Positions 1-11,226 of a stretch of DNA of 64,000 bases are shown piece after piece. A program made the translations under genes and the position numbers. Position 1 is the first letter of the stretch; each line of letters begins with the position of its first letter. The notes under the pieces are model-generated. The model was given only the letters and a program-made list of their open reading frames with translations. It did not search any database and was not told the origin of the DNA. The stretch is from Octopus vulgaris (Eukaryota): the NCBI GenBank assembly GCA_951406725.2, contig OX597826.1, positions 21,452,001 to 21,516,000 of the forward strand, in the 5' to 3' direction.

Positions 1-441
1 TAGCAGAATGAGGATCAGACTGAAACCTTAGGCAGGATTTGGCAACTGCTTTTTATGTTCTGATTTGAAATCTCATCAGGATCAGCTTTGTCCTTTCCCC
101 TTTCAGGGTCAACAAAAAAACCCCCAGTCAAGTCCTGAAGTTAATGCAATGAACTAGAATCACTTTTATCCTTCTCACCATGGAACAGTATTAGTAATTA
201 GTATTCAAGACTGTACAAACACACACACACGTATATATGTATGCCATCATCATTATCATCATCATCATTTAATGTTCGTTTTCCATGCTAGCATGGGTTG
301 GACTTTTTGACCAGGGTCTGGGAAGCCAGGAGGCTGCACCAGGCTCCAGTCTATATATATATATAGTATATATATATATAAGTATATATATATATATATA
401 GGTTTAGTGATGCAAACAGAAAAATAGAACTCAAAACATGA

Positions 442-486
<45 letters not shown>

Positions 487-487
487 C

Positions 488-538
<51 letters not shown>

Positions 539-614
539 CATACATACATACATATATATATATACAGATATATATATCTATCTATCTATCAATATCAATC
601 AATCTATCTATCTA

Positions 615-673
<59 letters not shown>

Positions 674-695
674 TTATATACATATATACATATAA

Positions 696-732
<37 letters not shown>

Positions 733-799
733 GGAGTAAACACATAAATGTGAAACAAGGTGGAAAAAAAGAGTACTCAAATACCAGTGGTAGAGTAAT

Positions 800-906
800 A
801 TGCTTTATTTAAAGCAGCAGAAAATTCCACAAAACCTGTTACTCTGAGTTTCGCGAAACTCAGAGTAACAGGTTTTGTAGAATTTTCTGCTGCTTTAAAT
901 AAAGTA
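800..906. repeat. Near-perfect hairpin (about 53-bp arms) in a (TA)n-flanked insert, carrying the 3' half of a hammerhead motif
   Basis: tgctttatttaaagcagcag...gagtttcg|cgaaactc...ctgctgctttaaataaagta. GAAACTCAGAGT also occurs in the 8.1 kb motif. Confidence 0.8.
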
Positions 907-3900
907 TCATCATCATCATCATCATCATCGTTTAACGTCCGTTTTCCGCGCTAGCACGGGTTGGACGGTTCGATCGGGGTCTGGGAAGCCAGGGGCCGCT
1001 CCAGGCTCCAGTCTGATCTGGCAGAGTTTCTACGGCTGGATGCCCTTCCTAACGCCAACCACTCCGTGACTGGAGTGGGTGCTTTTACGTGCCACCTGCA
1101 CAGGGGCCGGGGGGTCCGGCATCGGTCACGATCGGTTCGAGCTTTTAACGTGCCAGCGGCACGGGGGCAACGGGATCCGGGGTACTTTGGGGATCCGGGG
1201 TACTTTGAATGGGTAGAGGGTATGTGGAATTGCTGCAGAAAGCAGCCCGGGTCTTTGCAGTCACAGCATATCTCCAGAGATCTCGGTCCTTCGCCATTGC
1301 CTCAGTGAGGCCCAATGCTCTGAGGTCATGCTTGACTACTTCATCCCATGTCTTCCTGGGTCTACCTCTCCCCCTGATACCTTCAACTGTTTGGGAGTGG
1401 CACTTCTTCACACATCTCTCTTCATCCATCCGCAGCACATGACCATACCATCGCAAGCGTCGCTCTTGCACACCACATCTGATGCTTCTTATATCCAGCA
1501 TTTCTCTCAGGATGCTTACACTCTGTCTTGCGTGCACACTGACACTACACATCCAGCGGATCATGCTAGCTTCATTTCTTTCAAGTCTACGCATGTCCTC
1601 TGCAGTCACAGCCCATGTTTCATTACCGTGAAGCATGGCAGTTCGCACACATGCATCATACAGTCTACCTTTCGCTCTGAGGGAGAGACCTTTTGTTGCC
1701 AGTAGGGGTAGGAGCTTTCTGAACTTTGCCCAGGCTATTCGTATTCTAGTGGTGATACTCTCTGTGCATCCACCTCCGCTACTAACTTGGTCACCCAGGT
1801 AGCGGAAACTATCAACTACTTCTAGTTTCTCTCCCTGGAGTGTGATGGAATCTGTTTTCTGAGTGTCTGTTGTGTCTATTGTCCCTGTGCATCTGCCGCA
1901 CATGAAAGCTATCTTATCTGTTAATTTCCCTTTAATGTTGCCTCACCTCTTATGTGTCCATAGCTTACATTGGGTGCATCTTATGGAGTTTCTACCTGTA
2001 CCTTTCTTACAGATTGAGCAGGGCCACCTACCCGAGGGTGTGTGTGCTGAGTACCTCTTGCTGCTTACTAATACTTTGGTCTTTGCTACATTTATTCTAA
2101 GGCCCTTTGATTCTAACCCTTGCTTCCACACCCGAAATTTCTTTTCTAGTTCCGGTAGTGATTCTGCTATGAGAGCTAGGTCATCGGCATAGAGGAGCTC
2201 CCAGGGGCATCCCGTTTTGAATTCCTCTGTTATTGCCTGAAGGACTATGATGAATAAAAGGGGACTGAGGGCTGAGCCCTGGTGCACACCTACTTCTACC
2301 CGGAATTCTTCACTATATTCGTTGCCAATCCTAACCTTGCTGACAGCCTCTCTGTATAGAGCCTGTACAGCTCTTATTAGCCATTCGTCAATCTCCAGTT
2401 TCCGCATCGACCACCAGATAAGGGAACGGGGAACCCTGTCAAAGGCTTTCTCCAAGTCTACAAAAGCTATGTAGAGGGGTTCATCTTTAGCTAGGTACTT
2501 CTCCTGCAGTTGTCGGACCAGGAATATAGCATCAGTGGTGCTTCTATCTGGTACAAAACCGAACTGCATTTCATCTAAACAAATTCTCTCCCTAATGAGA
2601 TGGGTTATGACCTTCTCTGAGACCTTCATCACCTGGTCCAACAGTTTGATACCTCTGTAGTTATTTCTATCTAGAGCATCACCCTTACCCTTGTAGCAGT
2701 TGACTATGGTGCTGCTGCACCAGTCATTGGGTATGACTCCATTGTGAACTACCTGGTTTACAATGCGGGTGACTATGCCATAGCCCACATAGCCAGCTGT
2801 TTTAAGCATCTCAGCAGTGATTCCTGATAGGCCGGGGGCTTTACCTGGTTTCATATCCTTAATTGCCTTATCTACAAGGGAGCTGTCTATTCGGGTAGCT
2901 GGTCCCTCTACTGGGTCAACATTTGGCAGGCTCTCCTCCTCCCATTCATTCTCCTCATTCAGCAGTCTTTCATAATGGCTTCTCCAAGCCTCTTTCTTTT
3001 CACTAGCAGTAAAAGCAAGTGTCCCATCATCCATGCGGACACATTTCTCTCCTATAACATCACTATTTTCTCTGACACACTGTCTGGCAATCCGAAATAC
3101 TTCAGCTCTTTGATCCTTGCATCGCTGGACATTGGCAAACTTCTTCTTTTCTGCTACATCTTTGGCTATGTATACCTGCCGCCCAGCCTCCCTTTTGGCT
3201 ATCTGGTACAGTTCCCTGCTGCCCCCATCCTTCCAGGCTTTCCAGACCCGTCTCTTTTCACAAATGGCTTTATCTACTGCACTATTCCACCACCACGTAA
3301 TTCTAGGTCTGGAAGGGACTTTGCACCATCCACAGACTCAGTCTGTGGCACTCAGCAAGCTGTCCCGTAGGAATTCCCAGCTACCTTCTATGTCTGACGT
3401 CTGAAGCTCCTCCTCCCTCTCATCAAATTTCTTGATGAGTATGTCCCTAAATTTCTGACCATGTGAAGGGTTCTTTAGCCTCCAAATCCTTCTTTTCTGG
3501 ATTGGTTTGTTTCTTGGAGTCCTTCTGGCCTCAAGCTTAAAGTCACTGATGATTAGTCTATGCTGAGGGATACATTCTTCACCCGGGAGGGTCTTTGTAT
3601 TCAAGAGCAACCCTGCATCCCGCTGTCTGGTGAGGATGAAGTCTATTTGGCTAGCGGAATCTCCTGACTGATAAGTTATAAGGTGGCAAACTGGCTTCTT
3701 GAAGTTAGTGTTGCAGATTGAAAGGTTACATGCATCACAGAATTCCAGCAGTCTAATTCCCTCATCATTTCTGGTGCCAATACCATGGCCACCATGTACC
3801 CCAGTGAAGATACCCGATTCCCGCCCAACATGCCCATTAAAATCTCCACCTACAAAGATGAGGTCCTTGCTACTAGTCTTTGAAGTAGCCTGCAGAAGGG

Positions 3901-5012
3901 TATCATAAAAGTTGTCCTTCTGATCATTTGGTAGTCCCGCTTGTGGGGCATAGGCGGAGATAATCATAGCTGTGCCACTCTGTAGGACCAACCTGAGCTT
4001 AAGCACTCTATCGCAAACCCTGACAACCTCTATGACCTTATCCACCCATTTCTCCGCAAGGAGAATGCCTACACCCCCTACACCTTCCACGTTACCTTGC
4101 CAGAAGAGTTTGTACCTAAGTGCCTTGCCCGTGAGGACCCTAGCTGAAGCACCTCTCCATCTTACCTCTTGTATGCAGCATACATCAACCTGTCTTCTCT
4201 CTAGCATCTCTACAATCTCACTAGACTTGCCTGTCAATGTACCAACATTGATAGTGCCAACTCTGGAAACTGGGAAGGAGATGTGGGGGGAGGGGGGATT
4301 CAGCGCCTGAGAAGAGGAGGGTTGTTGTGGTGGTGATAGTTTTCGTGGCATTTTTCTTTTAATCTCTCTTCCGACCTGACCGCGCCGTGGGCAGGAGCTG
4401 GTGTTAGCAGTGGTCATTCATTATCGTCACTGAGTAACGTAATTAGGTAGCGTAGTAAGGAGGAAAAATACAGATATTCTAGAGTTGAGTTGGGGGGGGG
4501 GTCCAGCTGAGAAAGGTTTCACCAGTGAAACGAGAGGGAGAGATAGTGGAGGGGTGCGGGTAATATAGGGGAGCACCAGTGGGGAAGGTTGGGGTAAGGA
4601 GGAACGATGGCAGGAAGGGTTGGTGCAGGTTCGTAAGAAATAAAAACGTAGGATATTACTAGGCGGGGAGGGGACTGGAAGGAGATAGTTGGATTGAGGC
4701 AGTGTCAGATTCAAAACAGGAGGAAGCGTAAGATCAGTGGGCGGTTGATGAGCTGTGGCGCTAGCAGCTTGTCTTTTCACAGTGAAAGCATATGAGGAGA
4801 AGGGGTAGGAATGGGTGGTGGGGGAGGAGGAGGGAGGAGGGCGTATCCGGTGTAGATGGTGAGAACAGTGTTCACCGGTATTGGTGGTGGGGGTGGGAGG
4901 GCGGGCGCACCGCCGATGGTGGAAAGATGGAATTAAGGATTGAAGGTAGCCTTAAAGGCTAAATTTCGTAGAGAGAGATAGGAAAGGCAAATCAAGTTAT
5001 TGTACAAGTTGA

Positions 5013-5016
<4 letters not shown>
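906..5016 (-). mobile_element. Near full-length RTE-clade non-LTR retrotransposon
   Basis: APE endonuclease (GTINVGTL, CIQEVRW, GGDFNGH, QIDFIL) and RT (FVDLEKAFD, GVHQGSALSP, YADD), followed by a 3' UTR and a (GAT)n tail at 906-929. A pyrimidine-rich leader runs to about 5016. Confidence 0.95.
1145..4417 (-). pseudogene. RTE APE-RT ORF, 1090 codons, two in-frame TGA stops
   Basis: ORF-track pieces 3338..4417, 1943..3034 and 1145..1903 share one frame. Hand translation of 3337-3035 is open. The only stops seen are TGA at 3338-3340 and 1943-1945. Confidence 0.9.
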
Positions 5017-5072
<56 letters not shown>

Positions 5073-5103
5073 ATCAAAAGAAAAACAGGATGCAAAGGAT
5101 TTT

Positions 5104-5190
5104 GCGGTACATATGTTTCTGGCTTTATTGAATAATTTATATCAATGCATAATTGATATAACATGTAGGTCAACAGCCTTCTTCAGCCGT
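5104..5190 (-). ncRNA. Putative type I minimal hammerhead ribozyme (Penelope-like)
   Basis: Minus strand: cgg-CUGAAGA-aggcuguuga...ucaauaaagcca-GAAAC-AUAU-GUA-ccg. Stem I cgg/ccg, long pairable stem II, palindromic stem III loop. Confidence 0.7.
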
Positions 5191-5364
5191 GTACAATTAC
5201 CACACCAAAGACATATATTACATTATAGCAGGTTTGAGAAAAAGTTTGGGAAAGAAACGAGTTTCACTGGGAAGGTAAATCCTCATAGTCGTATAGATAT
5301 ATAGATATATATGTATATAAATAAATAAATGGAGTTGAACGAAGATGTTAACAAAATTCCTTTA

Positions 5365-5443
5365 CTCTCGACATATGTTTCAAAGACATGTTTTTATTCC
5401 AAAGGAATAAACAGTGCAAGATGCAATCTTCTCATCAGGAAAG
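5365..5443 (-). ncRNA. Putative type I hammerhead ribozyme (GUC site)
   Basis: Minus strand: cuuuc-CUGAUGA-gaagau...gucuuu-GAAAC-AUAU-GUC-gagag. All core nucleotides are present; stem I cuuuc/gagag. Confidence 0.78.
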
Positions 5444-5584
5444 AAAGGGAGCCTCTTTCAGCAACAAGACAAAACAATAATTGCGATGACTGCCTACATG
5501 GTAAACAAAACGATAATAAGTGTTTACCATCTAGGCAGTCATTGCAATTATTGTTTTGTCTTGTTGTTGAGAGAGGCTCCCTTT

Positions 5585-5666
5585 CTTTCCTGATGAGAAG
5601 ATTGCATCTTGCACCGTTTATTCCATTGGAATAAAATCATGTTGTCTTTGAAACATATGTTGAGAG
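5585..5666 (+). ncRNA. Putative type I hammerhead ribozyme (GUU site), mirror copy of 5365-5443
   Basis: ctttc-CTGATGA(5590)-gaagat...gtcttt-GAAAC-ATAT-GTT-gagag. Confidence 0.7.
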
Positions 5667-5867
5667 TAAAGGAATTTTGTTAACATCTTCATTTAACTCC
5701 ATTTATTTATTTATTCATATATAACACACAAGTGTCTGCACATGAACCCGGAGTTTCTACCCTTGGACAGGTCGCTTCAACTGTGTTTCTGACGTGAATT
5801 TGCTACCCTGGTATCGGTTCATCGAATTTTCCATGTTGATGGCAAACATAGGATAATTCATTCACCT

Positions 5868-5909
<42 letters not shown>

Positions 5910-5965
5910 ATATATATATATATACATATATACAGATACATATCTATCTATCTATATATATATAC

Positions 5966-5997
<32 letters not shown>

Positions 5998-5998
5998 A

Positions 5999-6089
<91 letters not shown>

Positions 6090-6526
6090 GTACATATATA
6101 AACTGATAAGTGCCAGTGCAGGAAACTTTCTGTAACTTCTGCTAATTTCATAATAAAAATAAATAGGCACAGGGCATGACTGTGCAGTAAGACGTTTGCT
6201 TCCCAACCTCATAGTTCCAGGTTCAGTCCCCCAGCATCACACCTTGGGCTAGCATTTTCTACTATAGTATCAGGCAGGCCAAAGCCTTGTGAGTGGATTG
6301 GATGGAGGAAAAGTGAAAGAAGCTCATTATGTATCTATCTGTCTGTCTATCTATCAATCACTCTCTCTCTACCTCTCTTAGTAATTAGTATTCAAGACTG
6401 TACAAACACACACACACATATATATGTATGCCATCATCATCATCATTTAACATCCGTTTTCCATGCTAGCATAGGTTGGACTTTTTGACCAGGGTCTGGG
6501 AAGCCAGGAGGCTGCACCAAGCTCCA

Positions 6527-6577
<51 letters not shown>

Positions 6578-6616
6578 TTTAGTGATGCAAACAGAAAAAT
6601 AGAACTCAAAACATGA

Positions 6617-6650
<34 letters not shown>

Positions 6651-6653
<3 letters not shown>

Positions 6654-6960
6654 TGACAAAGGGTCTCTCGCTCAGAGTAAAAGGTAGATTGTATGATACA
6701 TGTGTGCGAACCACCATGCTTCACGGATGGATGAGGAGAGATGTGTGAAGAAGTGCTACTCCCAAACAGTTGAAGGTATCAGGGGGAGAGGTAGACCCAG
6801 GAAGACATGGGATGAGGTAGTCAAGCATGACATCCGAGCATTGGGCCTCACAGAGGCAATGACGAAGGACCGAGATCTCTGGATATATGCTGTGACTGCA
6901 AAGACCCAGGCTGCATCCTGCACCAGTTTTGCATAGCCCCAGCTCATTCAAAGTACCTTG
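6651..6960 (+). mobile_element. Internally deleted RTE 3' fragment
   Basis: KGLSLRVKGRLYDTCVRTTMLH is fused directly to RMDEERCVKKC...WDEVVKHD, matching the 1145..1903 protein. Confidence 0.85.
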
Positions 6961-7453
6961 GATTGCAGAACGACCTGCTGTGCTTACCTTGGATCATTGC
7001 GTGACCTGCTGTGCTTGAGGAGACCTATTGAGTCAAGTACATCAACATCAATATCAAAATAAATATCAAATGGAAATCGTAGTTATGATACCTGTGCTGG
7101 CGGCACGTCAAAAGCACCATCCGAACGTGGCCGATGCCAGTGCTGCCTTGACTGGCTTCTGTGCCGGTGGCACATGACCTGCTGGTGCTTGAGGAGACCT
7201 ATTGAGTCAAGTACATCAACATCGAAATAAATATCAAATGGAAATTGTAGTTGTGATACCTGTGCCAGTGGCATGTAAAAAGTACCCACTACACTTACGG
7301 AGTGGTTGGCGTTAGGAAGGGCATCCAGCTGTAGAAACACTGCCAGATCAGACTGGAGCCTGGTGTAGCCCTGGCTTCCCAGACCCTGGCCGAACCGTCC
7401 AACCCGTGATAGCATGGAAAACAGAGGTTAAACGATGATGATGATGATGATGA
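6961..7453 (+). mobile_element. RTE 3' UTR / RTE-tailed SINE with internal duplication and (GAT)n tail
   Basis: ggagtggttggcgttaggaagggcatccagc...gttaaacgatgatg is the same 3' end as 906-1140. Related copies at about 245, 6432, 15400, 18070, 21405, 27960, 32145, 39830, 40489, 45750 and 57815. Confidence 0.85.
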
Positions 7454-7504
7454 TATATACAGATACATATATATATCTATCTATCTATCTATCAATACCA
7501 ATCA

Positions 7505-7554
<50 letters not shown>

Positions 7555-7726
7555 ATATATATATATATATATATATAGATAGATAGATAGATAGATACAT
7601 AGATTGATTGATATTGATAGATAGATATATATGTATCTGTATATATCATCATCATCATCGTTTAACATCCGTTTTCCATATGTATATATATACATATTTA
7701 TATACATATATATACATATACATATA

Positions 7727-7782
<56 letters not shown>

Positions 7783-7786
<4 letters not shown>

Positions 7787-8228
7787 TAAAACGGTAAGAT
7801 AACAAAAGAAAGAAAGAGACCTCAATATTATGTAAATAGAGGAAATTTATCTATACATGTCTAAACACAAGGACAGAACTTTTCGGATCATGCCCACACG
7901 TGACTAAATTTCTGTTACGTTTTTGGTCCCCTAAAGAAAACAGATAGAACATGCTTTCTATGTTATGTCCCAAGAAGATTTTATATATTTTTATATATTT
8001 TTATATATTTTTTATTTATTTTTATATAATTTTTATGACGAAAAATGCGAGCAATGTATAAGTACGCAGGCAAGCAGAGTTATAACAGAGTAATTTCCCT
8101 TTATTTAACGGTATTTTTTCATAGCGTTTTCAAATAGCCAGATAACTGAAGAGATGGTGTTGTGGATTTCCACTTCGGCATCTGAAACTCAGAGTTTTAT
8201 CTTGACTATCGAGTAATGTAACATATTA

Positions 8229-8230
<2 letters not shown>
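7783..8230 (+). mobile_element. Short non-coding insert in a (TA)n tract, Penelope-LTR-like
   Basis: Flanked by (TA)n. Both ends recur as an internally deleted inverted copy at about 58680-58795. Carries a hammerhead motif. Confidence 0.65.
8140..8202 (+). ncRNA. Putative type I hammerhead ribozyme variant
   Basis: agataa-CTGAAGA-gatg...catc-t-GAAACT-CAG-AGT-T-ttatct. 6-bp stem I, 3-bp stem III, one extra U before GAAA. Confidence 0.68.
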
Positions 8231-8263
<33 letters not shown>

Positions 8264-8618
8264 TACATATCTATCTATCTATATATATATTATATATACA
8301 TATTTATATATATATACATATACATATATATACATACACACACACACACACACACATACATATATATATATATGTACATATATAAACTGATAAGTGCCAG
8401 TGCAGGAAACTTTCAACCACTGAAGTCACTCTGTAACTTCTGCTAATTTCCTAATAAAAATAAATAGGCAAGGGCATGACTGTTCCAGGTTCAGTCCCCC
8501 AGCATCACACCTTGGGCTAGCATTTTCTACTATAGTATCAGGCAGGCCAAAGCCTTGTGAGTGGATTGGATGGAGGAAAAGTGAAAGAAGCTCATTATGT
8601 ATCTATCTGTCTGTCTAT

Positions 8619-8656
<38 letters not shown>

Positions 8657-9289
8657 ATATCTGTGTAAGTGTCTTTGTGCATGTGTTTATCTCCCTGCAC
8701 TGCTTTACAACTGGTGCTGGTGTGTTGAAGTCCCTCTAACTTAGTGGTTCAGCAAAAAGAGGATGTTAATGTAAGTACCAGCCCTTAAAAATAACCAGTT
8801 CGATGCTTTCCGTCCTTATATATACTTTGTGCTATGTTTATAGTCTAAGCTAATTCTTATTATCAGAAGAGAATATATATAAGTGAGTGCACACATGCAT
8901 GCATACACACACAAACACATGCATGCAGACATATCTATATATGTATGTGTGTGTGTATGTATGCATGTATGTATGCATGTATATATGTATAAAATATCCT
9001 ACTACATCGTATCACTGATGAAAGTGTTGACAATTTGCAGAATGGGAATATATATAAAGCGTTTGATACCAATCATTCATTATCTTTATTGCTGAATACT
9101 GAAGAGGAGAGCTGCAAGATCATATAGTGTTTCAACAGTAGTTATGTAATCATAACAATAATTTGATGACAAGTGTATATTCTGCAAAGCATTGAACACC
9201 ATACCTGTTTTCTATATTTTATTAATACTCTATGCATATATACATATATAGATAATGATGCAAAGAATCAATTAAATACACATCTCTGG

Positions 9290-9541
9290 TCCAACCAAAA
9301 AAGTAATATTTTGAAATCATTTAAAACATAGCTATCAGCTTCATGTAATAACAGGAAATGCATCCATTATGTAAACCTTCTTCAGTCAAAGCATCTCAAA
9401 AATACAAAGAAATTGATGGAAATTTTCAATATAGCTGACCACATATGTATATATTGAAATTTTCCATCAATTTCTTCCTACTTTTGAAATGCAAACCTGA
9501 AACGTATGTATTAAACAATTTCAAAATATCACTTTTTGGTT
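9290..9541. repeat. Degenerate inverted-repeat element with split hammerhead remnants
   Basis: accaaaaaagtaatattttgaaat / atttcaaaatatcactttttggt and aagaaattgatggaaattttcaatata / tatattgaaatttccatcaatttctt. CTGAAGA on the minus arm; GAAACGTATGTA on the plus arm. Confidence 0.6.
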
Positions 9542-10244
9542 TGACTTCATTATTACAACCATACACTCACACACACACATACAAGTATATATATATATAT
9601 TTATATTAAGAGTAGATCGTATACGAGTGAGTATATATTTGTAAAAAAGAAGTTTGAAAACGCCACTATATTAGATAAATTTTAATTTTCTTATCAAAAA
9701 TATTATAAAAAGTGTAATGGAGAAGTTCATAATCGTTTCTAACTGGTCTCAATAGAATCCATGTTTTTGAAAAAACGAACCTTATCAAAAATATTATAAA
9801 AAGTGAAAATTGAAAAGTTTATAATCGTTTCTTACTGTTCCCAATAGAATCTATGTGGTGGTGTTTTGTCGGTATAATCGCTATATTACTGTTGAGTGTA
9901 TTAAAGAAGTCCATTATTGTTTCTTGCTGGTATTAAAAGGAACCGCTTTTTTGTTACCTTGTGTTCCAATGGTAGCAACAGTAGTGATTGTTGGTCGTAA
10001 TTTTCGCAACTTTGGTGGTGGTTGGGGTTAGTAGTAGAGGACTGTTGATCGTAGCAGCAAAAGTGGTGGGTTCACTGGCACTGTTCACTGACGTCACATA
10101 ATTCCAAACCAATCAAAACCAAACTTCAACGAATACAAGGTAAAGACCCCCAACGACAAGCTTGACCACGGAAGAAAAAGTCATCAATTTTTTAACGAAT
10201 CAAAATCAGATCTGACCCATAACTGTATCCTGTTATATATATAT

Positions 10245-11094
10245 ATAGTGTAATAAATAAAATATATGCATACATACAAACATATATGTACGTACCGACA
10301 TCTACATGTATATATACATGCATATATAAATATATATACGTACAGGACATCACAAGAAGACGAAAAAATCAACAGAACGAAAACGGAGAAGACATTTTGT
10401 TACAACAGAAGGACAGAGACGTGGAACAAGACGAAACGAAAACGAAAACGGGAAAAACAATTATGTGTAGCAGAAAAACGAAGTACAGGACATGCCACAC
10501 AAGGAAAAATCCCCTTCATCAGCTGTCGCTAGCAGACACGTGTTTCGAAGGCAGAGACAGAACACGTAAGGTCAAGCTAAGCCTTCCTACGAGAGAATTA
10601 AAATAAAATAAACTCGTAGAGGGGTAAACGAGCACGGAAAAATGTAACACAAAAAGGGACGTAACAAAGAACTGCACAAAAAATACATACAAGAAAAAAA
10701 TAATACAAAAATAAAAGATACATGTACACAAAAATACATAACGAGAATTAAATTACAAAACGAGAAATCAAAAATAAACAAGAGAACAAACGAAAAAGAC
10801 GAACGGAGGCCTTTGTTCTGGCATGGACGAGAGGGTAACTGGCATGTCCTGTACTTCGTTTTTCTGCTACACATAATTGTTTTTCCCGTTTTCGTTTTCG
10901 TTTCGTCTTGTTCCACGTCTCTGTCCTTCTGTTGTAACAAAATGTCTTCTCCGTTTTCGTTCTGTTGATTTTTTCGTCTTCTTGTGATGTCCTGTACGTA
11001 TATATATATTTATATATGCATGTATATATACATGTAGATGTCGGTACGTACATATATGTTTGTATGTATGCATATATTTTATTTATTACACTAT
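10245..11094. mobile_element. Element with about 250-bp near-identical inverted arms and a 340-bp spacer (Penelope inverted-LTR-like or MITE)
   Basis: 10245-10497 is the reverse complement of 10840-11094. The spacer has GAAACACGTGTC and CTGATGA on the minus strand. Confidence 0.8.
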
Positions 11095-11184
11095 TGTCTG
11101 ACAGCGCTTCGTGTCGGGTTCGTTTGAATTTTCGATTTTTCGAATTCTCACTTCGTTCCGTTCCCTCCTCTTTGTCCGTTTTTA

Positions 11185-11223
<39 letters not shown>

Positions 11224-11226
<3 letters not shown>

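Larger units (their letters stand above)
5311..5722. mobile_element. Palindromic element (about 200-bp inverted arms), probable inverted Penelope pseudo-LTR remnant
   Basis: Arms aaatggagttgaacgaagatgttaacaaaattcc... and ...ggaattttgttaacatcttcatttaactccattt, centre about 5516. Each arm holds a hammerhead core. Confidence 0.8.

Noticed and set aside
265-747. YI/HT/CV-repeat ORFs here and throughout (for example 5904-6212, 24722-25325, 30285-30617, 36333-36764)
   Set aside because: Translations of (TA)n, (CA)n and (TACA)n microsatellites.
1943-1945. UGA at a Cys position read as selenocysteine
   Set aside because: No SECIS identified and another copy has TGC. A nonsense mutation is simpler.
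1209-4310. Plus-strand ORFs overlapping the RTE
   Set aside because: Antisense shadows of the RT/APE frame.
4427-4780. Pro/Leu-rich ORF upstream of the RTE ORF as a possible ORF1
   Set aside because: GTG start, low complexity and no recognisable motif. It cannot be distinguished from 5' UTR.
10266-11073. Mirror-image ORFs on both strands
   Set aside because: By-products of the long inverted repeat.
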